In this document: one piece after another, positions 34,299 through 45,900 of the stretch | Layout of the letters: each line of letters begins with the position of its first letter | Numbering within the stretch: position 1 is the first letter of the stretch | IMG/VR virus record: IMGVR_UViG_3300025723_000044 | Location: 1-57,251 of that record | DNA: 57,251 nucleotides | Source: a virus | Taxonomy: Duplodnaviria; Caudoviricetes | Strand: one strand, 5' to 3' | Translations under genes and position numbers: made by a program | The notes under the pieces: generated by a model | The model's input: only the letters and a program-made list of their open reading frames with translations | What the model was told of the DNA's origin: nothing | The model's database searches: none

Positions 34299-36962
34299 AT
34301 GAGCTTCTTAGCAGACCCCATAGGCAACATATCCGGCGCTATCCACGATGTGGGTAAAAGTACCATTGGCAAAATGGCCGAAACGGCGGCGCTTGCATAT
34401 TTTCTTGGCCCTGCTGGCGCTGGATTGTTGGGTAGCACAGCCGCTTTGGGTGTGGGCGGTGGGCTTACGACCTTGCTAAATGGCGGCAATCTGCAAGATT
34501 CCCTTAAAAGTGGTTTGTTAAGTGCAGGCATTGGCTCATTAACTGGCGTTGGTGATACCATTGGCGCTACGGCAATTCCGGGCGGAGCGCCCGTTGGAGA
34601 GGGTGCATTTACTCCCGTAGAAGCCCCTCTTCCACAATCCGCGGGTATTGGCGCTGGTGAAGAAATAATACCTAATACACCGCAGACGCCGCCCGTAAAT
34701 AGTGCGCCTCCCGTACCCGAAGCAGTAAGTCAGCAAGTATCTAACCTATCAAAAACTCCCCTCACTGATCCAAATGCGGGCAGAGCTTTCTATGACCAAC
34801 TTGGCCCTGATGGTAAACCTCTCAGCGTAACCAAGAGCCTATTGCAAAGCTACGGCAATGCAGGCTTACCCACACAACTTGGAATTGCGGCACTGGCCGC
34901 CGCAGGGTTGAAAGCCGCTACTGCCCCACAAAAACTCAATGCCCCCAATATGCCAGACACAAGGTATGTTAAATACTACAACTACGCGCCAATGGGCGGT
35001 TACAGTTACCAAGGTCAAACCCCTGCTTTGAAAGCCGCCACAGGCGGTATTGTGGCTTTGGCTCAAGGCGGTGGTGTGCACCACTACGATGATGGCGGTA
35101 ATGTTAATACAACTTATACGCCTGAACAAATAAACAGCTATATTGCGCAAAATAATTTATCTGGTGCGGCTTTAACAGCCGCTGAACAGCAGTTTGGCGT
35201 TTCCCCTGCACAAGTCAATTACGCACAAAGTCTAGCTCAAGGGAACACAGCCACACCGGGCTTATATGTTAATGGAAGCAATGCCGCAGACACTGCTCAA
35301 GGCATTGCCCCACCTTCAGGCGCACCAGCCCCCGCATATAACACTTATACGCCCAACCAAATTGCGCAATACATTCAAACAAGTGGTATTAATTTAAATG
35401 ATCCTGCCGCTATTGCTGCGGCTGAAAAACAATCTAATATTGATCCTGCGGCATATAACGCGTTTTTTACTTCCAGTGCAAATCCATTTTCAGCAGACTA
35501 TTTAAATAACCCCGCAAATGCAACTGCTGCAAATGTAAGTAATTTTGACAAGCAGTTGGGCACTGCTGGCGCAAATATGGACATCAACAACGCAGTAATG
35601 ACTGCGTACAAAAATACAGGCGCTACTGAAAATATTGCGGGCAATATAACAGGCAATACTCAGATTGCTAAAGAGATGGATACGTGGAGCGTACCACCTG
35701 CACAAATGGCAAAAACTCTTGGTTCGTCTGAAGCAACAATTCAAGCGCTCTACAATCAAGTTAACCCCACCGGTAAATATTCAACTGTACCAAAAACGCC
35801 CACCCCCACCCCCACTCCTAGTCCAACCACAATTTCCGGTTTAGGCACAACCACTACACAAAACGGCACAGTACTAAACACATACACACCACCCGGATCA
35901 ACAACACCAATCACGCTCAACCCAGTTAACCGCACAACCCAGAATGTGAGCACCCCAACTGATATTGCTACTGCGCCTGCTGGTGCTCTGCCTTCAGGTG
36001 TTAGCGGTAACAATGCGGCGGTTAATCCCAATGGAACGATTAGCCAAAACCCTAACTTGCCCAATAGACCCGCAGGTGGTTATACCTCTGTACAACAAAT
36101 GGTGGACGCTGTTACCGCAGGTGGGGGTAGTACGGGTTTTGTACCCAACCAACCTAAAACATTGACAGAGTTTAACGCGCAAAATAACAAGTTGACGGGT
36201 CAATCTAAAGCCAACTATGATTATCTGATGGGTTTAAGTAGCGTAAATCCCGCCTTAAACCCCGTAACACCCACAGGCGAGATATCCAAACCATACCAAA
36301 GTTCGGTGATGGGTATGCCAATGAGTGAGGTATACAACGTATCTCAACCGTTGATATACGACCAAGCATCGCACACATACAAAGCCAATCCAAAGTACGA
36401 TGCCGCTTTCAGTGCAACCAAAGATTATTTGGGAACGCCACAAACAGGCTTAACAAATCAAAAAGCCATTGATGCGTTGGGGTATGCGCTTATACCCAAC
36501 AGTCAAATTTACGGAAAGAAAAACCCTGATGGTACATATACAGGCTTAGACGGCATAAATTATGATGCAGACGGCAAAGCAATTGCTAGTACCGACACCA
36601 CAAGCACCAATTCTGGGGCGGCTAAAGAAGGTGGTTTAATGGGTCTTGCCGCAGGTGGTATGTCCGTTGGCCATTTAGGAGGGTATTCAGATGGTGGTCG
36701 TCTATTGCGAGGCCCAGGCGATGGCGTGTCGGATTCGATACCTGCTACTATTGGTAGCACTGATCCTGAGCCTGCTCGGCTTGCTGACGGTGAGTTTGTG
36801 GTTCCTGCTCGGATCGTCTCCGAACTTGGCAATGGCTCTACTGAGGCTGGTGCAAGACAGCTTTACAAAATGATGGATCGCATTCAAAAAGCCCGATCAA
36901 AAACAGTTGGTAAAGATCGCGTGGCGGCCAATACCAACGCACACCAATATTTACCTGCATAA
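34299..36962 (+). CDS. Internal virion/ejection protein
   Basis: Gly/Ala hydrophobic N-terminus, low-complexity middle, C-terminal GPGDGVSDSIPA...ARLADGEFVVPA. Confidence 0.75.
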   Translation: MSFLADPIGNISGAIHDVGKSTIGKMAETAALAYFLGPAGAGLLGSTAALGVGGGLTTLLNGGNLQDSLKSGLLSAGIGSLTGVGDTIGATAIPGGAPVGEGAFTPVEAPLPQSAGIGAGEEIIPNTPQTPPVNSAPPVPEAVSQQVSNLSKTPLTDPNAGRAFYDQLGPDGKPLSVTKSLLQSYGNAGLPTQLGIAALAAAGLKAATAPQKLNAPNMPDTRYVKYYNYAPMGGYSYQGQTPALKAATGGIVALAQGGGVHHYDDGGNVNTTYTPEQINSYIAQNNLSGAALTAAEQQFGVSPAQVNYAQSLAQGNTATPGLYVNGSNAADTAQGIAPPSGAPAPAYNTYTPNQIAQYIQTSGINLNDPAAIAAAEKQSNIDPAAYNAFFTSSANPFSADYLNNPANATAANVSNFDKQLGTAGANMDINNAVMTAYKNTGATENIAGNITGNTQIAKEMDTWSVPPAQMAKTLGSSEATIQALYNQVNPTGKYSTVPKTPTPTPTPSPTTISGLGTTTTQNGTVLNTYTPPGSTTPITLNPVNRTTQNVSTPTDIATAPAGALPSGVSGNNAAVNPNGTISQNPNLPNRPAGGYTSVQQMVDAVTAGGGSTGFVPNQPKTLTEFNAQNNKLTGQSKANYDYLMGLSSVNPALNPVTPTGEISKPYQSSVMGMPMSEVYNVSQPLIYDQASHTYKANPKYDAAFSATKDYLGTPQTGLTNQKAIDALGYALIPNSQIYGKKNPDGTYTGLDGINYDADGKAIASTDTTSTNSGAAKEGGLMGLAAGGMSVGHLGGYSDGGRLLRGPGDGVSDSIPATIGSTDPEPARLADGEFVVPARIVSELGNGSTEAGARQLYKMMDRIQKARSKTVGKDRVAANTNAHQYLPA

Positions 36963-36971
36963 GGAACGGTC

Positions 36972-38009
36972 ATGGCAGATACCACAACACCAACAAGTAT
37001 AACGCAGTACCAAACAGGCTTTGCGCCTGAACTTGCTCCGTATGGTCAAGCAATGCTTGGACAAGCCGCGGCATTAACCAATGTAAACACAAACCCTTAC
37101 CAACAGTATCAAGGCGAGACGACTGCGCAATTTAGTCCGTTACAACAGCAAGCGTTCAATAACGCGGCTACGATGCAGACTAATCCCGCTTTGGGGCAAG
37201 CCACTGCCGCCTCGCAAGCCGCTACGCTTGGGGGGCTTAACACCCAGTACACATACAACCCGTACCAGACGCAGAGTTTTACAAGTCCGGGAATGGCTCA
37301 AAGCTACATGAACCCGTATTTGCAAGCATCCCTTGCACCGCAGTTGGCAATTCAACAACAGCAACAAGGCGCGGCACAACAAACTCAAAATGCACAAGCC
37401 GCCCAAGCCGGGGCTTTTGGCGGTTCACGCGCTGGTGTACAGGCGGCGGCTACGGGCCTAAGTAATCAACTTGCCAATCAAAATTTAATTGGCCAAGGCT
37501 ACAACACCGCCTATAACCAAGGCGCACAACAGTTCAATACCGAACAAGGGGCGGGCCAACAAGCGGCTAACCTCAATGCTCAACAAGGCCAGTTTGGTGC
37601 TAATCTTGGACTGCAAGGCTTAAATACAGCGCTTCAGGGAGCTAATACAACTGGCACGCTGGCCAATAATCAGTACAATCAAAACATGGGGATCAATGCC
37701 TTGCAAGCTCAGTACGGTGGCGTACAACAACAGCAGATGCAAAACATTGATAATACCGCACAGCAGAATTTTCTTAACGCTCAGAACTATCCATACCAGC
37801 AGTTGAACTTCATGTCCAACTTGGTTCGTGGTTTACCAATGACTCAGCAATCTGCATCTGTGTATCAAGCACCTCCAAGTACGTTGTCTCAAGTGGCAGG
37901 CGCGGGTTTGACTGCCGCAGCTTTGTTAAAAGCCAAAGGCGGGGCAATTAAAAAATCAAATGGCCTGATGGACTTGGCACTAAAAAAAATGGAGCCTGAG
38001 AATGTTTAA
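36972..38009 (+). CDS. Gln/Ala-rich DNA-transfer (pilot/ejection) protein
   Basis: YMNPY, AGAFGGSR, QNYPYQQL motifs. Confidence 0.75.
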   Translation: MADTTTPTSITQYQTGFAPELAPYGQAMLGQAAALTNVNTNPYQQYQGETTAQFSPLQQQAFNNAATMQTNPALGQATAASQAATLGGLNTQYTYNPYQTQSFTSPGMAQSYMNPYLQASLAPQLAIQQQQQGAAQQTQNAQAAQAGAFGGSRAGVQAAATGLSNQLANQNLIGQGYNTAYNQGAQQFNTEQGAGQQAANLNAQQGQFGANLGLQGLNTALQGANTTGTLANNQYNQNMGINALQAQYGGVQQQQMQNIDNTAQQNFLNAQNYPYQQLNFMSNLVRGLPMTQQSASVYQAPPSTLSQVAGAGLTAAALLKAKGGAIKKSNGLMDLALKKMEPENV

Positions 38010-39969
38010 TGTTCCTCAAATCCAAGCCCGCTTAAAGGGCATGAATCAGCAACAGCTTTTTCAAGAAGGCCAAGCCAATCAGAATGACGCTTTAATGTTT
38101 TCGTTGGTCAACAATGAGAATATGAACCGCCAAAAAGCCAAACAAGCAATGATGGCACAACAAGCAGGCCAGCAGCAGCCACCTGTCAAACAACAAGATT
38201 TGATGGCAATGGCTCCTACTCCTGCGCCTAACATGGGCGCTGGTATCCCTTTGCAAGGTGCTGGTTCTCCGCAACAAATGGGGCAGAACCAACTGCCTGA
38301 AGAACAAGGTATTGGCGCCTTGCCTGCACCAAATTTAACCAAACTGGCGGGTGGCGGTATTACTGGGTATGCGGACGAGGGTCTGGTTAATAAAGATCCT
38401 AAACAAGTGTTTGCTCAGCAATACCAAGGACTTGCTACGCAAGTTGCGCAACAATTGGGTGTTAGTCCCGGCGTTGTTATTGCGCACTGGGGTCAAGAAT
38501 CTGCATGGGGTAAAAAACCTGTTGGCCAGTACAACTTTGGAAACATCAAAGACTTTTCAGGCAAAGGCACTAAAGCGTTTGATAAATCTGAAAAAAGCAC
38601 ATCTGCTTATCGTAACTACGATGATCCACAGGATTTTGCCAATGACTATGTGGATCAAATTAAACGGAATTTTCCAAAAGCTGTTGGCGCGGGTTCGGAC
38701 ATTCGTGCTTTTTCATCGGGCCTACAAAACGGAAGACTCGGACAGTACGCATCTGATGCTAACTACGGCAAACACTTGACAAGTACGTTTAATAGCATCC
38801 TGCCCTTTAGCCCTGCACAAGCGGAAACAGTACCCGGTGCACAACCAAAAGCAACCGCACCTGTTTCTTCAGCATCCATGATACCCGGACAAAGTGTGAA
38901 AGCTCCGGCATATGTGGCGCCACAAAAAGGTTTCTTTGGAAACATGGCGGACAAAATGGGTATTTCTGAAGATACCCAAATGAATCTTGGCAATTTAGCC
39001 AATGCGGCGGCGGGTGCTACGGGCGCTACTTTTATTCCAAGTTATTTGCCTAGAGTAGGGTTAGGTCTTGCCGGATTGGGTGAAAAAATATACAGCAAGT
39101 TTGCGCCTGAAGCAGGTGCAGTTGGTCAAAAAGGTATAGCTGAATTACAAGCGGCAAACAAAGCGGCGCAAGTAGAAAAAGGTGTGCAAGGCGCACAAGA
39201 GGCGGGCTCAACGCTAGAAGAACAAGATTACATCCGTAAAATGATGGAAGCTAATCAGCAAGCACAATTACCCAGCAAGGCGCTTGAACTTCAAAACGCA
39301 TCTACTGTAAGACAGGCTACTGAAGCCGCGCGTATGCTTGAAGGTGCTAATGCCGCTAGAGCCACCGCCGCTGGAACAGCAGGGGTTGCTGATCTTTCAA
39401 ATGCAATGGCGCAACCATCGACACCCACCACCGCACCCGTTGCTTCCACCACAACGCCAAACTACGATGCAATGACGGAAGAAGCCGACAGAGAGTTTGG
39501 GCCTAAACTACAAGGCACGCCTACAGTACCTTCTATAAGTGATATAACCAAAACAGTCACCAAGCCCGAAGGCGGTAGGGACTGGAACGATATGCTGTTG
39601 AATCTTGGCCTTGGGTTGATGGCAGGGCAGTCTCCATATGCTTTACAGAACCTTGGTACCGCCGGTTTGGGCGCTTTGAAAGCAGACCGCGAACAGAAAA
39701 ATCAAGCCATGCAAGACGCGTATTTAAAAGCCAAAACATTGGAGACTATGAACGCCTCTGATCCTGAATGGCTTAAACAAATGGCTGAACTTAAACGTGA
39801 GAAATTTGATCCACTTTCTGCGTACAATCAGTACATTCTTTCTCATCAAAAGCTTGCAGCCACCCCTGGCGCAGAAGTTGGCGCATTAATGAATTACCCT
39901 GATTTTGTTAGGCAGTTTCCAATGGCCACTTCTGCTCCTCCCCAAGGCGCTAACTTACGGGCAAAATAA
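38002..39969 (+). CDS. Ejection protein with GH73 glucosaminidase (FlgJ-like) domain
   Basis: IAHWGQESAWG...YNFGNIK...YRNYDD...YASDANY. Confidence 0.8.
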   Translation: MFNVPQIQARLKGMNQQQLFQEGQANQNDALMFSLVNNENMNRQKAKQAMMAQQAGQQQPPVKQQDLMAMAPTPAPNMGAGIPLQGAGSPQQMGQNQLPEEQGIGALPAPNLTKLAGGGITGYADEGLVNKDPKQVFAQQYQGLATQVAQQLGVSPGVVIAHWGQESAWGKKPVGQYNFGNIKDFSGKGTKAFDKSEKSTSAYRNYDDPQDFANDYVDQIKRNFPKAVGAGSDIRAFSSGLQNGRLGQYASDANYGKHLTSTFNSILPFSPAQAETVPGAQPKATAPVSSASMIPGQSVKAPAYVAPQKGFFGNMADKMGISEDTQMNLGNLANAAAGATGATFIPSYLPRVGLGLAGLGEKIYSKFAPEAGAVGQKGIAELQAANKAAQVEKGVQGAQEAGSTLEEQDYIRKMMEANQQAQLPSKALELQNASTVRQATEAARMLEGANAARATAAGTAGVADLSNAMAQPSTPTTAPVASTTTPNYDAMTEEADREFGPKLQGTPTVPSISDITKTVTKPEGGRDWNDMLLNLGLGLMAGQSPYALQNLGTAGLGALKADREQKNQAMQDAYLKAKTLETMNASDPEWLKQMAELKREKFDPLSAYNQYILSHQKLAATPGAEVGALMNYPDFVRQFPMATSAPPQGANLRAK

Positions 39970-39971
39970 TT

Positions 39972-42900
39972 ATGGCTGAACAACAGTACGTCCAACTACC
40001 CGATAATTCATATTACCCTCTCAGCAAAGGGGAAAGTGCGGCGCAAGCGTATGCAGTGGCTATGCAAAAATACCCCGAAGCGTTTGCCACAAAAGCTGTT
40101 GAAGCTGAAAAACCAAAAGCAGACACTGGTCTTCTGTCTGAACTTGGCGCAGGGTTTAGGGGCGGTGCAGGGTCAGCATTGTCGGGTTTGGGCGAACTGA
40201 CAGGGCTGGAAGGGCTACGCGCCTATGGTGAAAAGCAAAAAGCCAAAGCCGCTGAAACGCCCGAAGCTGAAGGTATTTTGGGCGATGTCGCTCGTGGTGC
40301 GGGTAGTATGGCTGGGCGGTTTGGGGCTCCGGTACTAGCAGGTATTGGGGCTACGGCCTTGTTGCCTGAAGCAATAGCATCCGCGCCTATCGTTGGTGCG
40401 TTAACCGCAGGGCGTCTTGCGGGAGCCGCAGGCTTTGCCGCGGTAGATGCGCCTACTAACATTGGTGAACATTTACAAGCTCAAAAAGCGGCGGGTCAAG
40501 AACCCAACATAGCCAAAGCCATTGCCGTGGGCGTTGGCCAGACTGCGCTTAATTTGTTGGGTGGTGAAGTCATTTCTAGCCCAATGCGGAGCATCTTGGG
40601 TAAGACCGCCGCAGAACAAGCATCCGCTTTTGTGCCTGATATTCTTGCAGGCAAGATGACTGCGGAAGAAGCATCCAAGCAAGTGGGCGGATTTTTACGT
40701 AACTTTCTCCAAGGCACAGCGCAGAACGCGGCTGTAGGTACAGGTTTGATGGCAGGCAGTGAGGCTATGACCCGTGCAGGGCTCGGCCAAGATGTGACTT
40801 CTCCTCAAGCCATTGAGCAGTATATGGGCGCAGGCAAGTCTGCATTGGAGATGGCGCCGTTATTTGGTGCATTCCACGCTTACGGCGCTCGGGGTCAAGC
40901 CAGAGGTATTTTGGGTCAAGCGGAAGAAGCTCGCCAAGTGGGCGAGTCACAGAAAGCTGCACAGGCAGCATCTCTTGAAGCACAAAGAGTAGCTGATGAA
41001 GAAGCAAAAGCCGAAGCCCATAGACAAACGCCTGCATACGCTATAGATATTGGTAAACAATACGATGAAGCGTTGGCTAAACGTGATGAAATGCTTGCGG
41101 GTTTGGTTAAGCCTGAGAAAAGTGCTGACCCTGCCACTAGAGCGCAGTATGTGGCTGACCTCCAAGCTGTTAGAGAACATACTAAAAACACGTTGATGCC
41201 TTTGGTTCCTGAGTACAACCGTACTCGGGCATTGCGCAAACAAGAATTAGACAAACAACAAGCCGAAGCAGAAGCGCAGAAACAAGCTGATGCGCTTAAA
41301 GAACAGCAACGTCAAGCGGCTATTGAACAGCAAGCGGCGGGTATGCCCCAAGATGCACAAACTCTTGCATACCACCAAGAAACTCAAGGCACATTGCCCG
41401 GCATCGAGCCTGCGCCGAAAGCACCTGCACCCCCTAAAGCAGGCCCAACACCTGCGGAACTGTACGCACACTTGCAGTACTTGCAACGTCTTAAAGATGA
41501 CCATCAAGCACAAGAACGTGAGATTGGCGTTAGTGGGGATTTAGATGCTTTTGAAGAATTTTCCAAACAGACCAATGCCGTTAATAAAGCATACGCTGAT
41601 ACAGAGAAAGCATTGAAAGATGCGGGTGGTTTTAACGAAAACGAACCCCACCCCGCTCTTGCCGCACACGATGCTTACAATAAAGCGTACGACGAGTTCC
41701 ATGCAAAGAGCAACATGGGCAGTGAAGAGGGCTACGACCGAGATAAAGCCCTGAAACTTTTGCCTAAAGTTAAGGCCGCAAAGGCGCATTTAGATGCAAT
41801 CGTTGCCGAGCATGGCGAAGCGCCTGAAGCCGTACAACAACGCTTTGACTTTGGCCCTGAAGACAGAACGAACTACTTAGAGCCAAGAGCGGAATTTGCC
41901 GCACGCGTCTACAAGCCCGGTGCTCCTGAAGCAGAAGCCCAAGAGCAGGCTTTTATTGAAGAAGCTCGCCGTAGAGACGACGAAGAAAACGCACGCCTTG
42001 CCAAAGTTAATCCAGAAATTAGTGCCTTGGGCGCTATGGGGCTTAGGAAAAACCCTGAGTTACGTGCGGCAAATGAACTTGAGAATGCACGCATTCTTAA
42101 AGGTATGCCCGAAAGACAAGCCAAATTGGCGGGGGCAGAACAACAAGATTTGTTTGGCACAGGTAATGTTTTAAACGAACCTAAAGAATTGCCCAAAAAG
42201 ACACGCCCTGAAGATCGGTTGTATCGTCAGTTGGAAAGGGCATTTGCCGAAGACCCCAGCAGATGGTTACCTGAACAGCGCAGACTTCTTGAGCGCGTAT
42301 CCGAAAACTTGGATGTCATTGAACTAAGTCCCAAGCGCATGGAAATGGTGTCGGATTGGCTATACCACATTGACCATAATCGGTCGATGGAAAAGCTGGC
42401 TACCAAAGAAGGATTAAAGTACGTTAAGCGTGAAGACTTCCGCGCCAAAGAACTGACGGCAGAACTTGATCGCATGGAAGAGGGCAAGCGCTCGGAGACC
42501 GAGGGCGGTAAGACTGCGGTGCAAGGCGAACTTAAACTTGGCGAAACTACCGAAGCCAAAGGCCGACTGTTCAATACTCCCCAAGAATTCCAAGCGTATT
42601 TGGCAGGAGATGCGCTCAATGATATGCGCCGTTCAATGGGGCTTGTTCACCAAACAATGTCTAGGATCAGCCAACGTGTTGCGCCTATGCAGGCCAGAGC
42701 CGAAAGTCTTTTAAAGCAAGTAACGGGTTTACAAACGCAGTACGAGAAACTGAAAGAAGCTAAAGGCACAGAGATTGCCGACGCCAATAAGATGGTGCTT
42801 GACGCCAAGAAACGCCAGTCAGCGTTGACTCAGCGTTTGGATGAAGAGTTAAAAGATTTGCAAGCGGCGTACATCAAAGCCAAGACTGAGTTTGACTTTG

Positions 42901-45900
42901 CTGTTCAAACATCCCACGATATCAGCAAGAATTTTGCCGCCAATGAAATTGGCGAGTTGGCCGATAAGGTAGTTGCCGCTAAAGCGGCAATGATGCAGGC
43001 AATGAAAAAGCCCGCCACCAAAAGCAACTGGGATGCAATGCGAGCCGAACAAGCCAAGGTGGTTGCCGCTGTTCGTGAACACCGCAACTACTTAAATAGA
43101 ATGCACCGTGACCCAGAAGGGTTCTTGAACCGTGACTTGGATTTCCAATTGCAGTTACAGCATGAGCTTGACTCAATGGGCGCGCTACAACACAATTTGA
43201 CCGCCGCTAAGTTTGACTTGGACATGGCTGTTGAGAAGCAACAACGTAGCCGCAAAAACAAAGCAGAAGCCAAAGCATCTGCAACAGAACTTGAAACAGC
43301 AGAAAAAATTAAAGCTGAAGCGGTAGCCGCCAATGAAGCGCGAGACAAAGAAGCCGCTGAAATAATTGAACAAATTAAATCTTTAGACGACCGCCGTAGA
43401 AACCTACAACGAGTTGTTGATGAGCATTTGGGTCGTAGCAAAGCAGTTGCAAGCGAGCGTGCTGGCCCTGCTTTGGTGGAGTCTCAAGCGGAACGCGAGC
43501 TTAAAGATGGCGCGGCGCGCATTAAAGAACAGCAAAGTTTGGAAAGACTTGAAGCATTGCCGGGTGAAGAAATTTCTTTTGAGCCTCGCCGCAAAGTCTT
43601 GGATAAACTTAATATTACGCCTGACCATTTGGAAGCGCTTGATGAAAGTATTAAAGATGCCGATCAAGTAGTTAAGCACATTGAGGCGCTTAATGTTAAA
43701 CGCCGAGTTGAGATTGAAGAAAAACAAAAACAAAAAGCCGGTACAAAAGATACAACGGTAAAAGAAGAAATTGAAAAAGACATTGCTAAGCGTCAAGAAG
43801 GTATTGTCAAGGGCAATGAAGACATTCAAAAAATTGAAAAGATTAAAGAGGATTTGCACGCTGAGATTGTAAACAAGACCGCAGATGTAACAAAGTACAA
43901 CGAGTTGCTTTCTAATGATCCCGAGATTGCCAATGCGGCGCTTAAAATAGTGCATGATCGCATACCCAAAGTACTGAAGTTGATTGAAACGGTTCAAAGT
44001 CGTTTAAAAGAAACTGACGTCAAGCCTTCCGTTAAAGCTAGCCGTGTTCGGGATTTGCGCAATTACAAAAAAGAACTTGCAGAATTGGAAGCCAAAGCCA
44101 ATTTAATGCGCGGTATTGAGCGCAGGCCAGTTGGCGGTAGTAAAGAAATGCTGAAGACCGAGGCGGTGGAAGCGGGTACTAGATTGCCTTCAAGGGTTAT
44201 TGGCCCCGTGGTCAAGCCTGTTGTAACTGCGGGTAATATCCGCACTGGGGAAGGCACAACTGTATCCGAGCGCAAACTACCTCCTAAAAATAAAGCCACA
44301 CAAGCTGGTGAAAAACGTGGCCTGACATCTACGCAAGCACAACGCGGCGCTAATAAAGACATTGAAAAAGGCTTGTTTAAAAACGTTGAGAAAACGCCTC
44401 AAGAACCCGTCAGTGGCAAGTACACTGCCGAGCAACGTCCCAAAATTGCACCAAAGAAAAAAACCAACAATGATCTTTTGTTGGAACACGATGCTTTAAC
44501 AGACGAAATTGCAGAGAACGAACGGAAACTCCATCAAGCGGAAATGGATGACGACAATGAAGCGGCGACCAAATATGAAGCGCTAGGCGTTGAGTTGGAG
44601 AAAAAGCTCGAACAAGTTGAAGAGCAAATGGATCAGCACAAGCCCACAGTATTGCGCACTTCCACCAAGCAAGGCGCTGGCATGAAAGCGGAAACCATTA
44701 AAAATATGGTTGACCGCATGACCCATGAGTGGGAGAAAATGCCTGATGTTGAGATCGTAGACACTGAGAAAGATTTGCCAGAGCACATTCGGAACCAGTT
44801 AACGAAAGACGAGAAAACAGGTTTAGTTCCCGGCTTATACGACCCGACTACCAAGAAAGTGTATCTTATTGCATCAAACTTGCACGACCAACAAGATGTA
44901 GTGCTGACTGTCTTGCACGAGATTGCAGGACACCACGGACTGCGTGAACTGCTTGGTGATACGTACGAGAGTACGATGAACAAAATGTACGAAGGCAACA
45001 AAGCGCTACGTGAAAAAGTAGACGCTCGCATGAAAGCAGAGCCTAAGTTGTCTCGTGAGATAGCGGTTGAAGAGACACTTGCTGACATGGCAGAAGAAGC
45101 CCCAAGAGCCAACGAACGTGGGCAAAATGTCTTTCGCAGAATTGGCTATGCAATTAAACAATGGATTGCCAAGATGTTTGGCATCACCCACGTATCAGAT
45201 GAAGAAGTTCTACAACTCGTTGCAAACGCACGACGCTATGTCAAAAAAGGCTTGGGCGCGGCAGGAGGTGAGTCTGGGTTCCGTCATTTTTTATATAGGA
45301 CAACTCCAGAGTACGGCGCTAAAACGCCCCTTACTGAATTTACAAACAAGGTAGTTGCGCAACCGAAGACTTGGCGTGAGAAGTTGGGAAACTTTGCGTG
45401 GCTCCAAGCTGAGATGAACAACGTGGACATGCGGGCAGGTGTGCGGGAAGCTCTGCGCCTTGGCGCTAAAGCTACGGGGGATAGCCGTTCCTACGAGCAA
45501 GCCATGTACAACATTACCAAGGCCGACCAAAAGAGCTCGTTCACTAGATCGGTTCTTTTGAATGGTGGCCCCATTTTGTACACCGATGAAAAAGGTTTCC
45601 GTGGTGTTAAGGCTGCTGGCGGTGTGACTTACATGGATATCATGAAGCCTATATCCGACATCCCAGGCGGCAATGCCAGAGGCAAGATAGATCAAGCTAC
45701 CGCTTATTTTATTGCGGTGCGCGCAGGCAATAAAGGTTTGGCTAAATTAGATCTTGGCGCTTTGGGCGTGACGGAAGCTGAGTTAAAAGCTGTTAAAGAT
45801 ACTGTTGATGCCGACCCAAGACTTAAAGCTGCATTGGAAAAGTCACGCTCGGCTTACAATGAGTACAACAAAAACTTAATTAACTGGCTTGCGTCTACTG

